A stretch of DNA of 64,000 bases from an uncultured Acidobacteriota bacterium (GTDB lineage: Bacteria > Acidobacteriota > Terriglobia > UBA7540): the NCBI GenBank assembly GCA_963804995.1, contig CAWDSK010000003.1:1472001-1536000 (forward strand), written 5' to 3'. Every line of letters starts with the position of its first letter. Position 1 is the first letter of the stretch. The translations under genes and the position numbers were made by a program. Positions 37,158-46,828 of the stretch are shown in pieces. The notes under the pieces are model-generated. The model saw only the letters and a program-made list of their open reading frames with translations. It did no database searches and was not told where the DNA came from.

Positions 37158-38645
37158 ATGACCTCCTCCCCCGTCCGTGTCCGCTTTGCGCCTTCGCCCA
37201 CCGGTTACCTGCACGTGGGCGGCGCGCGCACTGCACTTTATAACTGGCTTTTTGCGCGTCACGTGGGCGGTGTGTTGATCCTCCGCATCGAAGACACGGA
37301 CGTAGACCGTTCTAAACCCGAGCTCACCACGGCCATTCTGGAAAGCCTGGAGTGGCTCGGGCTCACTTGGGATGAAGGGCCCGTTTATCAATCGGAGCGC
37401 CTGACCCGTTACCGCGAGATGGCCGCCAACCTCGAGGGACTGGGTCACGCCTACCGTTGTTTCTGCACCCCGGAGGAACTTCAGGCCAAGCGCGCGCTGG
37501 CCGAAGCCGAACGCCGTGCCTGGAAATACGATGGCACGTGCCGCTCGCTCTCCCCAGTAGAGAGTGAGCGGCGGCGCAGTGAGGGCCGCCCCGCAGCGGT
37601 TCGCTTCCGGGTGCCGACAACGGGCCAGACGAGTTTCCATGACCAGGTCTTCGGGCACATCGAAATTGAGAATCACGACCTCGAGGATTTCGTCCTGCTG
37701 CGTTCTGACGGCCACCCCACGTATCACCTCGGGGTTGTAGCGGATGACCTCAACTTGCGCATCACCCATGTGGTTCGGGGCGCCGACCACATTTCGAACA
37801 CGCCGAAACAAATCCTTATGTATCAGGCGCTGGAAGCGCCGGTACCGGTCTTCGCCCACCTGCCGCTGATTCTCGGGCCCGATAAACAGCGGCTCTCGAA
37901 GCGGCATGGCGCAACGTCGGTAGGGGCCTATCGCGAACAAGGCATTTTGCCGGAAGCACTGGTCAATTTCCTGGCGCTGCTCGGGTGGACACCCCCCGGC
38001 CAGAGAGAGATTGTCACGCTAGAAGAAATGATTCGCGATTTCGAGCTGACTGCGGTTTCGAAATCGAACGCCGTCTTCGATCTCGAAAAATTGGCATGGA
38101 TGAACAGCGAGTACGTGCGCCACCTTTCGGCAGAACGGCTGTTCCCCGTGGTCGAGCACGAACTCCGCAGCGCGGGGCTGTGGCGCGACGCCTTCACGGG
38201 TGAAGAACGAGAACGCTTTGAGAGTTCCGCCCGCTTACTGCAAACCCGCGCCCGCAGTGTGCGAGACTTTTCCCAATCCGGCGGTGCGTTCTTCACGGAC
38301 GAGTTTGCTTACGACCCTGATGCGGAGAAGAAGTTTTGGAAGGATGCGGCGTTACCCGTGTTGCTTAAGGAGCTAGCGGAGCGTCTGGCTAAGACCCAAC
38401 CGTTTGACCTCGCGTCAACGGAGCAGGCTTTGCGGGGGCTGGCAGAGGAGAAAGGCGTGAAGGCAGGATTGTTAATCAACGCCACGCGCGTGGCGCTGAC
38501 CGGTCAGGCGGTGGCGCCCGGATTGTTTGAGGTGATGGTGGTGCTGGGGCCGGAGCGCGTCACAGCCCGCCTCCGCCGCGCCGCGACGCATTTGCGGGCT
38601 GGCAGTTCAAGAGCAGAGGCCAATCCTGAATCGCCTTCGAGCTAG
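37158..38645 (+). CDS. gltX: Glutamate--tRNA ligase
   Basis: RFAPSPTGYLHVGG, RIEDTD and LSKRHG motifs. Confidence 0.97.
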   Translation: MTSSPVRVRFAPSPTGYLHVGGARTALYNWLFARHVGGVLILRIEDTDVDRSKPELTTAILESLEWLGLTWDEGPVYQSERLTRYREMAANLEGLGHAYRCFCTPEELQAKRALAEAERRAWKYDGTCRSLSPVESERRRSEGRPAAVRFRVPTTGQTSFHDQVFGHIEIENHDLEDFVLLRSDGHPTYHLGVVADDLNLRITHVVRGADHISNTPKQILMYQALEAPVPVFAHLPLILGPDKQRLSKRHGATSVGAYREQGILPEALVNFLALLGWTPPGQREIVTLEEMIRDFELTAVSKSNAVFDLEKLAWMNSEYVRHLSAERLFPVVEHELRSAGLWRDAFTGEERERFESSARLLQTRARSVRDFSQSGGAFFTDEFAYDPDAEKKFWKDAALPVLLKELAERLAKTQPFDLASTEQALRGLAEEKGVKAGLLINATRVALTGQAVAPGLFEVMVVLGPERVTARLRRAATHLRAGSSRAEANPESPSS

Positions 38646-38853
38646 TGTGGTGTCACGGTTAATATTTGACAAGGCTGTCCAACCCCCTCACCCCCCAGCC
38701 CCTCTCCCCCAAAGGGGCGAGGGGAGAGTTAATTCTCTTGCCCTCGCCCCCTTTGGGGGAGAGGGTGGCTGGTCGAGGCGTTCTCATCAGCCGAGGCCAG
38801 ACGGGTGAGGGGGTTCTACCCATTGTCAACTCTAACTCGGGACACCACACTAG
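38642..38853. mobile_element. CTAG-flanked MITE carrying a CCCCTCACCC palindrome
   Basis: ctagtgtggtgtc..ttgacaa ... ttgtcaa..gacaccacactag. Confidence 0.75.
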
Positions 38854-38989
38854 GAACCCTTGGCCTCGCCCATCTTTTTCCGCAGCGCTTGGTAAGTTTC
38901 CACGGCCACAATCGCTGCGGCAAGCACGGCGCCTACGGTCGTCAGCACTTCCGTGGTATTTTTCAAAACCCTCAGTAGCTTCCACACGG

Positions 38990-39220
38990 TCATAGCCCTC
39001 CCAGGGGCAGCCACACCTCGCCCGGCAAGTCTTCATTATACCGTTCCAGGCCCATAAATGTCGCGCGCACGGCCAGGACGGGCGCAATCGCGCGAAGGTC
39101 GTCGAGCAACTGCGCGGGCCCCACGTCACCGGCGTGCAGGATTTCGTCCACGCCATCGAAAAGTGACGAAAGAGCTGGGTCAAGGTACCCGTGTGTGTCT
39201 GAGACTACTCCAATTTTCAT
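38990..39220 (-). pseudogene. Truncated metallophosphoesterase (YfcE-like)
   Basis: SDTHG and HAGD present; GNxD motif lost and C-terminal half missing. Confidence 0.7.
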
Positions 39221-39266
39221 AGAAGCCAAGAGTCAGAAGTCAGAAGCCAGTATAGGAACGCCATTC

Positions 39267-39710
39267 TTACTTCTGGCTCCCGGCTTCTGACTCCTGACTT
39301 CCGCCTCTTGACTCCTCCGCGACGATCTTTTCCACCAAGCCCTTGCAGAGGGGACAAGCCGCATGGCTAATCCGGCAGGCGGCGATACTCAGATTGCAAC
39401 CGCATGGGCAGGGCTCCATGTTCAAACGGAAAAGAATATGGTTTCGTTGCTGGTTGGAGAACGACTTCAAATCGACACCGGGAGCCTCGGTCACATCGGA
39501 AGGAATAAAATCGGGGATGTTCTTCGGGCACTCATTGGGAGCCGGGCGGAGCGGGGCGGGTTCGATTTTCAATCGCGCTGGAGCCATCGCCCACACGAGC
39601 GCACCCAACAGCCCCAGGGTCAGCAACACGAGCACCCGCGAGCTTTGGGGTTTATTCTCACTCGGCACGGGGGGCGGAGTGCTACTCGAGTTGGGTTCGC
39701 TGGAAGACAT
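39267..39710 (-). CDS. Membrane-anchored protein with CxCGC cysteine domain
   Basis: Single TM segment; PGVDL..CPCGC..C..CPLC. Confidence 0.75.
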   Translation of the reverse strand: MSSSEPNSSSTPPPVPSENKPQSSRVLVLLTLGLLGALVWAMAPARLKIEPAPLRPAPNECPKNIPDFIPSDVTEAPGVDLKSFSNQQRNHILFRLNMEPCPCGCNLSIAACRISHAACPLCKGLVEKIVAEESRGGSQESEAGSQK

Positions 39711-40242
39711 CGGAGTTCACAGGCTTCACCGGCACATTGCGCGGAACAACTTTCACCGTCAGCGCCAGAGGGACACTCGCCGGCGGGAAGCAGGCATGAT
39801 CATTGCAAGCCTGGTAAGCCAGTTTTCCTTTCAGGTCATAGGATCCCGGCGCCACACCCTTCCCGACTTGCAGCAGCGCCCCCACCACCACCGTCCCCTC
39901 ATAGACAGAAAGCGAGATGTCGGAAAAAGCGAACTTTTTGAGCGATCCCTTGGGGTAGACGACGTTGGTCACAGTGATTTCTGAACTGGGATCGAGTTTG
40001 AGGTCGGTGGGAATCAGGTAGTTCAAGGAGGGCTTGTGGTCGTTGATGTGGTATCCGGGCGCGACCTCGGCCACCACAGCGATTTTCAATGGAGAGTTGG
40101 GATGGGCAGCGTCGGCCGCCAATACGGCATGTGCCTCTACTACCGGGTTGTTGTTTTGGGCCTGTCCAAGGCCCGCGGCCATCAGGGCAAGTAGCATGCT
40201 TCCAAAGAGCATCCGCATAGGCTGAGAATCTCGCTCCTTCAT
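39682..40242 (-). CDS. Stand-alone DsbD N-terminal (alpha) domain protein
   Basis: PGYHIN, VYEG and YQACNDHACFPP motifs. Confidence 0.85.
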   Translation of the reverse strand: MKERDSQPMRMLFGSMLLALMAAGLGQAQNNNPVVEAHAVLAADAAHPNSPLKIAVVAEVAPGYHINDHKPSLNYLIPTDLKLDPSSEITVTNVVYPKGSLKKFAFSDISLSVYEGTVVVGALLQVGKGVAPGSYDLKGKLAYQACNDHACFPPASVPLALTVKVVPRNVPVKPVNSDVFQRTQLE

Positions 40243-41153
40243 GATTTTTTATTCTTCAGGAACGTTTCCAGTTGGTCCTTTGCCAGCTTCAGGCTGATGC
40301 CACACTTGCGGTCAACCTGCCGGCATTTGAGCAAAGTAAAGTTGCAACCACAAGTACAGTTCTGGCCCGCCAATTGTTTTTTGAACGCTTCCCTCTGGTC
40401 CGCATTCAGCTTCGAAAGATCGATGCCTGGGATCTCCGAATCGACCACGGACGGGTCGCCCAATTCGATCTTGTCCTCCGCGTAAACCTGCCCGGCTTGA
40501 TGAAAGGTCGTCGCCCCTCCACCCGGACTCATGGCCAGCAACTGCTTGATCTCCGCCTCGAAAACGTCATAGCCGGATGCGCCAACGTGCTTCGCATAAA
40601 TCCGCCCGTCGCGCCCGATCAGGAAAGTCGTGGGCAGGCCCAGCACTCCGCCGTAAAGCTCTCCCAGACGGTCGTTGCCCACGGCCACGGGGTAATTCAT
40701 TTGAAATTGCTTGTAGAAATCGACAACGGGCTCAGCGCTGTCGTCCATCGAGATTCCAATCACGGCAAAGCCTTGCGCCCCATAGCGCTTTTGTAGTTCA
40801 ACGAATCCCGGGATTTCGATCCGGCACGGGCCGCACCAGGTCGCCCAGAAATCAAGCATTACGACTTTCCCTTGGTAATCGCTCAGTTTCAGTGGCTTGC
40901 CCGTGATGTCGGTCAGTGAAAAAGCCGGGGCCATGGGGTGGTCGCTGCTGCCTTTCGACTGCGCCCGGACGGCGGGCGAAATCCAGTAGCGATTCACGAA
41001 ATACAGGCCCACAACCAGCAGCACAGCCAGCAGGGCGCCCACCAGCAACTTCCACTGCTTCCCCGCTTTCGGTTCCTGCGGCAGATTCTCTGTCGCTGGG
41101 GGTGGATTGTCCACTGATTGCGGCGAATTCTCCACCGCCTTCGGTTCTTCCAT
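40239..41153 (-). CDS. TlpA/ResA thioredoxin with C-terminal CxCGC domain
   Basis: FWATWCGPC, LPTTFLI; C-terminal CTCGC..C..C. Confidence 0.9.
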   Translation of the reverse strand: MEEPKAVENSPQSVDNPPPATENLPQEPKAGKQWKLLVGALLAVLLVVGLYFVNRYWISPAVRAQSKGSSDHPMAPAFSLTDITGKPLKLSDYQGKVVMLDFWATWCGPCRIEIPGFVELQKRYGAQGFAVIGISMDDSAEPVVDFYKQFQMNYPVAVGNDRLGELYGGVLGLPTTFLIGRDGRIYAKHVGASGYDVFEAEIKQLLAMSPGGGATTFHQAGQVYAEDKIELGDPSVVDSEIPGIDLSKLNADQREAFKKQLAGQNCTCGCNFTLLKCRQVDRKCGISLKLAKDQLETFLKNKKS

Positions 41154-41179
41154 GGCCTACACCTCACAATCTTACCATT

Positions 41180-42091
41180 TTAACGCCGGGCGCGTTTAGG
41201 CGCGGGCACCCCAGCATTCGCCGACCTGGGTGCTTGGCCAGCAGCCTCCTGCTGCAAAACAGGCCCGGCATTTCCATCGTTCGGGCCAGCTACTCCCGCG
41301 TTCCGGCTCAGACCATGCCGCATCTGCCGCCAAATCATAACTGTCGCGACGCCTGCCATCGCTATCAACGCGATGAACTGGGAGGTCGAGAGCAAGTGAT
41401 GAAACATAAATCCACGGTCCTCGTCACCCCGCAGGTATTCCAAAAAGAATCGCGCCACAGCGTACAAGCTCACGTAAGTAAGGAACACTTCCCCATCCCA
41501 ACGCCTTCGGGGAAATCGCCAGAGCACGATGCCGAAAATCACGAAGGTCGCGAAGGATTCGTAGAGCTGCGTGGGATGCAACCGAATTCCCAGGGGAACT
41601 CCAGCAACCTCATGCGCAAAAGTGCTGGTAAAAACCACGCCCCACCACGCGGTCGTGGGCTTCCCGTAGTCACAACCCGCGCTGAAACACCCCAAGCGCC
41701 CGATACTTTGCCCTACCGCCACCGCAGGCGCCAGCACATCCGCCAACTTCCAAAAATCCAGTTTCTGGACCCGCACGTACCACACTACAAAGAAAAGTGC
41801 CGCCAGAAACCCACCATAGAAAACTCCACCCGCCAGCAGGGTGGAAAGGCTGAATATTTCGCCGGGATTGGCTCGGTAATAGCTCCAGTCCGACAGGATC
41901 ATCAGCACCTTGGCGCCCACCAAAGCCACCAGGATGATCCAGGTGCAGAAGTCCAAGATCTGACCGGAATCCAAACCGATGCGGCGACCCAGTCGCATGG
42001 CCGTAAAGATCCCGGTCAATATCGCCAACACCAGCAGGATACCGTAAGTCGGTAGATGGAAGGCTCCGAGGCTGACTAAAATCGGGTGCAA
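41180..42091 (-). CDS. lgt: Prolipoprotein diacylglyceryl transferase
   Basis: GRLGCF, HPTQLYE and RFFLEYLR motifs. Confidence 0.93.
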   Translation of the reverse strand: MHPILVSLGAFHLPTYGILLVLAILTGIFTAMRLGRRIGLDSGQILDFCTWIILVALVGAKVLMILSDWSYYRANPGEIFSLSTLLAGGVFYGGFLAALFFVVWYVRVQKLDFWKLADVLAPAVAVGQSIGRLGCFSAGCDYGKPTTAWWGVVFTSTFAHEVAGVPLGIRLHPTQLYESFATFVIFGIVLWRFPRRRWDGEVFLTYVSLYAVARFFLEYLRGDEDRGFMFHHLLSTSQFIALIAMAGVATVMIWRQMRHGLSRNAGVAGPNDGNAGPVLQQEAAGQAPRSANAGVPAPKRARR

Positions 42092-42101
42092 ACTTTATCC
42101 C

Positions 42102-42827
42102 TTACAACGAGAATCGGTTCAGAAATGAAAAATAGCCGGAGATGATGGTGAACTTGTTGAAAGCCATCAGGACCCCCAGCACGATCAGCAGCACCCCTGA
42201 AGCCACTTCCACCACCTGCAAGTGTTTGCGGAATCCACTATAGAATTTCAAAAAGGTGGTGAGCCCGAGGCTGGTCAGAAGAAATGGTATGGCCAGTCCC
42301 GCCGAATAAATCGCCAGCAGGAACATGCCCTGAAACACCGTTTCGCGTTGGGCAGCAAGCGCCAGGATGGCCGCCAGGATGGGCCCGATGCAAGGAGTCC
42401 ACCCGAAGGCGAACGCGAATCCGAGCAGGAATGACCCGGTCAATCCGCGCCGCGGTGCACCGGTGTCCAGCCGAGCCTCACGGTACAGCAAAGGGATTTT
42501 CACCAGGCCGGTCAAGTGCAATCCAAAAACAATGATGACGATACCAGCGAGGATATTGAAGGCGGTCCGCTGGGCCAGCAGAAACTTCCCCACCCAGGTT
42601 GCCGACGCGCCCAGGATCACAAAAACCAGGGAAAATCCCGCCACAAAGGCCAGGGAGTTACGCAGGACGCGGCTCAAGAGCTGGTTGCTGGCATCGCTCT
42701 TCAGCTCTTCGATCGAGGCCCCGGAGAGCATGGAAATGTATCCGGGCACCAAAGGCAACACGCAGGGGGAAAGGAACGACACGATCCCTGCTACAAAGGC
42801 AATCGGAATGCTGAGTTCGTGATTCAT
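42102..42827 (-). CDS. ccdA: CcdA thiol-disulfide membrane transporter
   Basis: SFLSPCVLPLVP and GWTPCIGP motifs. Confidence 0.95.
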   Translation of the reverse strand: MNHELSIPIAFVAGIVSFLSPCVLPLVPGYISMLSGASIEELKSDASNQLLSRVLRNSLAFVAGFSLVFVILGASATWVGKFLLAQRTAFNILAGIVIIVFGLHLTGLVKIPLLYREARLDTGAPRRGLTGSFLLGFAFAFGWTPCIGPILAAILALAAQRETVFQGMFLLAIYSAGLAIPFLLTSLGLTTFLKFYSGFRKHLQVVEVASGVLLIVLGVLMAFNKFTIISGYFSFLNRFSL

Positions 42828-42984
42828 GCGTCGTAAGAATCCCTCACCTTATTGGACGCAGCAACTCTCTTTCTGGCTGCGTCAGGAGCACTGGAGCACG
42901 ACGGCGAGCCCCTCCGCACTTGTTACTTATTCCAAATCAAGTGTACCATAGCAGCGTGAATTGACGATTGCCGATGGACGATTT

Positions 42985-43075
42985 GGTGCTGTCCTAATTT
43001 GAACGTAGCGCCCCGATGCATCGGGGCTCAATGCCGGCTGGAAGCCGGCGCTACATTTCGAATTAGGACAGCACC
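42985..43075. mobile_element. MITE (GGTGCTG-type ends) carrying a GTAG REP
   Basis: 15-bp IR; 8-bp direct repeat GACGATTT on both sides. Confidence 0.85.
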
Positions 43076-43202
43076 GACGATTTTCGGTCTTTTGAATCGT
43101 CAATCGGGCCTCGAAATTCGACCCTAAGATGACACAACGGCTAAAGAGTAATGTAAGTCAATTCACCCCATTATCTGATAAAAGACTAGGAGCCTGCCCA
43201 AC

Positions 43203-43889
43203 TTGCTACGTGCCATAATCTTCGACTTCGACGGAATTATTGTCGATAGTGAACCCATCATCTTGAAACTGACCCAGGAAATGGCAGCCCAAGAAGGTTG
43301 GACGGTCAGCGCCGACGAGTACTATCGCGATTACCTGGCGCTGGACGACCGCGGCATTCTTGAGCACCTCTACGCCAGCCATAGGAAACCCTTGAATGTG
43401 GCGCGCCGCGATGAATTGGTGGCGTGGAAAGCTGCGCGTTATCTGGAAATCATTCGCGACGGGCTGCCGGCTATCTCGGGTGCGGTCGAGTTCGTCACGG
43501 AAATGGCCAACCTGTATCCCCTGGCGATTGCAAGTGGCAGCCTGCGGGTTGAAATCGAGCACTTGCTCCGCAAGCTCGGGCTGCGTGAAAAATTTCCTGT
43601 CCTGGCGACAGCGGATGACTGCCAGCATTCCAAGCCTGACCCGGAAGTGTATCTCCTGGCCCTCGCTCGCCTGCGCGCTCTTCCAATTTTCCGCGATAAC
43701 CCCTTGCAGTCCTCAGACTGCATGGCGATTGAAGATGCTCCCTTGGGCGTGGTTGCCGCACAGGCCGCCGGGTTCAAGTGCCTGGCGCTGACGCATAGTC
43801 GGCCGGCCGACGAACTCCAGCATGCCGATTGGGTGACTCGCGAGTTCGCAGATGTTCGCATAAGTGAGATCCTGACCGGCTTCGCGTAA
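43203..43889 (+). CDS. HAD-family phosphatase
   Basis: FDFDG, KPDP and IED motifs. Confidence 0.92.
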   Translation: MLRAIIFDFDGIIVDSEPIILKLTQEMAAQEGWTVSADEYYRDYLALDDRGILEHLYASHRKPLNVARRDELVAWKAARYLEIIRDGLPAISGAVEFVTEMANLYPLAIASGSLRVEIEHLLRKLGLREKFPVLATADDCQHSKPDPEVYLLALARLRALPIFRDNPLQSSDCMAIEDAPLGVVAAQAAGFKCLALTHSRPADELQHADWVTREFADVRISEILTGFA

Positions 43890-44072
43890 GCATTAATGCC
43901 GATGGCTTGGTCTCCCTTTTCTACTCACATGCCTTTTGGGTGTGTGAGGTGGACCACGCCGCGCGCAATGCTTGACAAGGGCTTAATAGGATGATGAAGA
44001 CTTGATAATCATTCAATAGGCCACTAGATTCTTTGGAGGATCACGGCTATACCTGGTAATTTCAAAGGTGAC

Positions 44073-44570
44073 ATGGTGATTGAGGTTCCCGGCGGTCCAT
44101 TATCCCCCTCTCCGGCAAACGCTGTTCCGGTATGCAAGCAGTGCAGTTACACCGGCATAGAGGAAGGCTATGAGTTCCCCCTCTGCTGGGATTGCCGGCG
44201 CAGATTGTCTATGCGGGCCTTCCCTAGGGCGATCATAGGTATCGGAGCGCTGGTACTATTGGCGCTCATTTTTGCAGCGACGTACTACCCCGATACAATC
44301 CGAGCCTCGATGACCTACGCGGAAGGCCGGCGCGCGGAAAAGGCCAAGGATTTCGACAGGGCCGTCTTCGATTACGAGACCGTACTGTCAACCTTTCCCC
44401 ACTCCCCGCTGGTTACGATGCATTTGGGAGTTGCCTACTACCGCAACGGAAATGTCCCACAGGCTGTCATGATCCTTCGCAATCTCAGGGAGCGAACAAT
44501 TCCCCTCGAAGTCGTCAAGCAGGTTGACGCCATATTAGCGGAAATCCAAAAGCCCACCGGAGTCAAGTAA
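44073..44570 (+). CDS. Membrane protein with N-terminal CxxC..CxxC and TPR-like domain
   Basis: CKQC..CWDC, TM helix, TPR-like helices. Confidence 0.65.
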   Translation: MVIEVPGGPLSPSPANAVPVCKQCSYTGIEEGYEFPLCWDCRRRLSMRAFPRAIIGIGALVLLALIFAATYYPDTIRASMTYAEGRRAEKAKDFDRAVFDYETVLSTFPHSPLVTMHLGVAYYRNGNVPQAVMILRNLRERTIPLEVVKQVDAILAEIQKPTGVK

Positions 44571-45098
44571 ATGACCTGGGCTCTCCCCAGTCAAATCCTC
44601 GCCGTCTTGACGTTCCCCGGCGTAGTGCTCCACGAAATCGTCGAGCAGTTCTTTTGCCGTCGGATGCGTGTCGCCATTTTCAAGGTGTGTTATTTCCGCT
44701 TCGCGAGCCCTCCCGGCTTCATTGTCCATGAACCCCTGCCGCGCTTGCGGCAGTCGCTATGGCTCGGCCTTGGCCCTTTCTTTGTAAGCTCGGCGTTGGG
44801 CGCACTCATTGCCTTCCCCGCCATCGTGGCGGCGCTCGAATTCCGTGTGTACACTCTGACAGGTTACGTATTGGCATGGCTGGGTATATCGATCGCTATG
44901 CACTCCTTCCCCACCGTGGATAACGCCCTGGACCTTTGGCGCGCCGTTCGGAGTCACCCTAGTTCGCCTCTGCTTTCGACACCCCTGGCCGGGATTTTGT
45001 ACGTCGGTGCGGTTGGGCGCCTCTTCGGTGTGGATCTCCTCTATGGCATCGGCGTGGTAATCCTGGCTCCGGCCCTACTCGTTGCCCTCCTCCCCTGA
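44571..45098 (+). CDS. Membrane metalloprotease-like protein (degenerate HExxH)
   Basis: FPGVVLHEIVE; GPF; SIAMHSFP. Confidence 0.6.
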   Translation: MTWALPSQILAVLTFPGVVLHEIVEQFFCRRMRVAIFKVCYFRFASPPGFIVHEPLPRLRQSLWLGLGPFFVSSALGALIAFPAIVAALEFRVYTLTGYVLAWLGISIAMHSFPTVDNALDLWRAVRSHPSSPLLSTPLAGILYVGAVGRLFGVDLLYGIGVVILAPALLVALLP

Positions 45099-45326
45099 GT
45101 TACCGCTGCTTGTTCACACTCGAAGGTCTTGCCTGGCCACGAGCATCAGTGGTGGTGCGGCGAGTGTCATTTCGAACCCTCTGCAAGAAATCATCCAGCG
45201 CGCGTTCTATCCAAGGAGGGGTTGACCAGACCGTGGAAATTGGCTGGCTATCTTTCCTAGTCAACAAGAGGTAGTCTGCTTGCCTCCGAGTTCTTATAAA
45301 AGTGACCTTCACAGGGAAGGTGGAAA

Positions 45327-46775
45327 ATGATGAAACCACGATGCACGCTGCGGCCCATCGCCGCGATGGTTCTTGCCGGGTGGCTTTGGACGGGAGTGGC
45401 GCAGGCCCAAACCACCGTGACCTCCAGCCAGGGGGACCAGCAAGAATTGGCCGTCACCGTTTATAACTCGAATGTCGCCCTGGTGCGCGATGTCCGTCGC
45501 CTGCGGCTGCCCACTGGCACAATCGATTTGCGCTATATGGATATCGCCGCCCAGGTCAATCCTGCCACGGTCCACATTGTTTCCTTGACCGCTCCGAAAG
45601 AACTGAACGTGATCGAGCAGAATTACGAGTACGACCTGCTCAGCCCGGAAAAGCTCTTACAGAAATACGTCGGGAAAGAACTGACGCTGGTGCGGGTTAT
45701 CAGCGAGAACAATTCCACCAAGGAAGTTCCCGTAAAAGCCTTGCTCCTCGCTTACAACCAGGGACCCGTTTGGAAGGTTGGCAATGAGATCATCACCGGC
45801 ATGGGTGCAGACCGCTACATCTTCCCTGACCTGCCGGAAAATCTCTACAGCAAGCCGACGCTGGTCTGGCTGTTGGATAATCGCCGGACCGGTGAGCAGA
45901 CCGTGGAAGCCTCTTACCTGACGAATGCGGTGAATTGGAATGCCGACTACGTGCTCACGGTGCACTCCGACCAGAAGGCTGCGGATTTAAATGGCTGGGT
46001 CACGGTCGTGAACCAAAGCGGCACGGCTTTTCGCAACGCACAACTGCAACTGGTGGCGGGTGAATTGAATCGCGTGCAACCGGAAAATGGCAGGGGGCTA
46101 CGCATCATGGCCTTGAAGGCGGAAAATGCTCCGGCGCCGCAATTCGCCCAAGAAGCGCTTTCCGAATACCACCTCTACACGCTCGAGCGTCATACCGATA
46201 TTCAGAACAACGAAACCAAACAAATCAGCCTGCTGGCTGCGGCCGGCGCCACCGTAGAGAAGGTCTTCGAAGTCGACGGCCAGTCGTATTACTTCCAAAA
46301 CCCCGTGAGCCCCGGGCAGCCGGTGAAGGAACCGGTGAAGGTGCTGATCAAATTTAAGAACGCGGAAGCCAATTCGCTGGGTGTTCCCCTGCCGGCCGGA
46401 ACGGTGCGCGTCTACCAGGGCGATTCCAAAGGCCACCTGCAATTCATCGGCGAGGATCGCATTGACCACACGCCCAAAGACGAAACCGTGAGCCTCCACA
46501 TCGGCAACGCCTTTGACGTGGTGGCGGAACGCAAGCAAACCGACTACCAGCGCCTCGGGCCCCACAATGTGGAAGTTGCCTACGAAATTTCCATCCGCAA
46601 CCACAAACCGGATGCCATTACCGTGCTCGTCAACGAGCCCATTGGCGGCGACTGGTCGATGCTCGATTCGAGTTTCAAGTATGAAAAGACGGCGGCTTTC
46701 GCGGCGCGCTTCACGGTGCCCGTGGCCGCCAACGGTGAGGCATTGCTCAAATATCGCGTGCGGGTTCGCTGGTAA
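45327..46775 (+). CDS. DUF4139/DUF4140 domain protein
   Basis: LAVTVYN..ALVRDVR, EQNYEYDL, EYHLY and PLPAGTVRVY motifs. Confidence 0.88.
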   Translation: MMKPRCTLRPIAAMVLAGWLWTGVAQAQTTVTSSQGDQQELAVTVYNSNVALVRDVRRLRLPTGTIDLRYMDIAAQVNPATVHIVSLTAPKELNVIEQNYEYDLLSPEKLLQKYVGKELTLVRVISENNSTKEVPVKALLLAYNQGPVWKVGNEIITGMGADRYIFPDLPENLYSKPTLVWLLDNRRTGEQTVEASYLTNAVNWNADYVLTVHSDQKAADLNGWVTVVNQSGTAFRNAQLQLVAGELNRVQPENGRGLRIMALKAENAPAPQFAQEALSEYHLYTLERHTDIQNNETKQISLLAAAGATVEKVFEVDGQSYYFQNPVSPGQPVKEPVKVLIKFKNAEANSLGVPLPAGTVRVYQGDSKGHLQFIGEDRIDHTPKDETVSLHIGNAFDVVAERKQTDYQRLGPHNVEVAYEISIRNHKPDAITVLVNEPIGGDWSMLDSSFKYEKTAAFAARFTVPVAANGEALLKYRVRVRW

Positions 46776-46785
46776 AGAGGCGCCG

Positions 46786-46820
46786 GGTGTCAGGTGCCAG
46801 GTGTCGGGTGTCAGGCACCA
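46786..46820 (+). repeat. Heptamer tandem repeat (GGTGTCA-like x5)
   Basis: ggtgtca ggtgcca ggtgtcg ggtgtca ggcacca. Confidence 0.75.
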
Positions 46821-46828
46821 GGCTGGCG

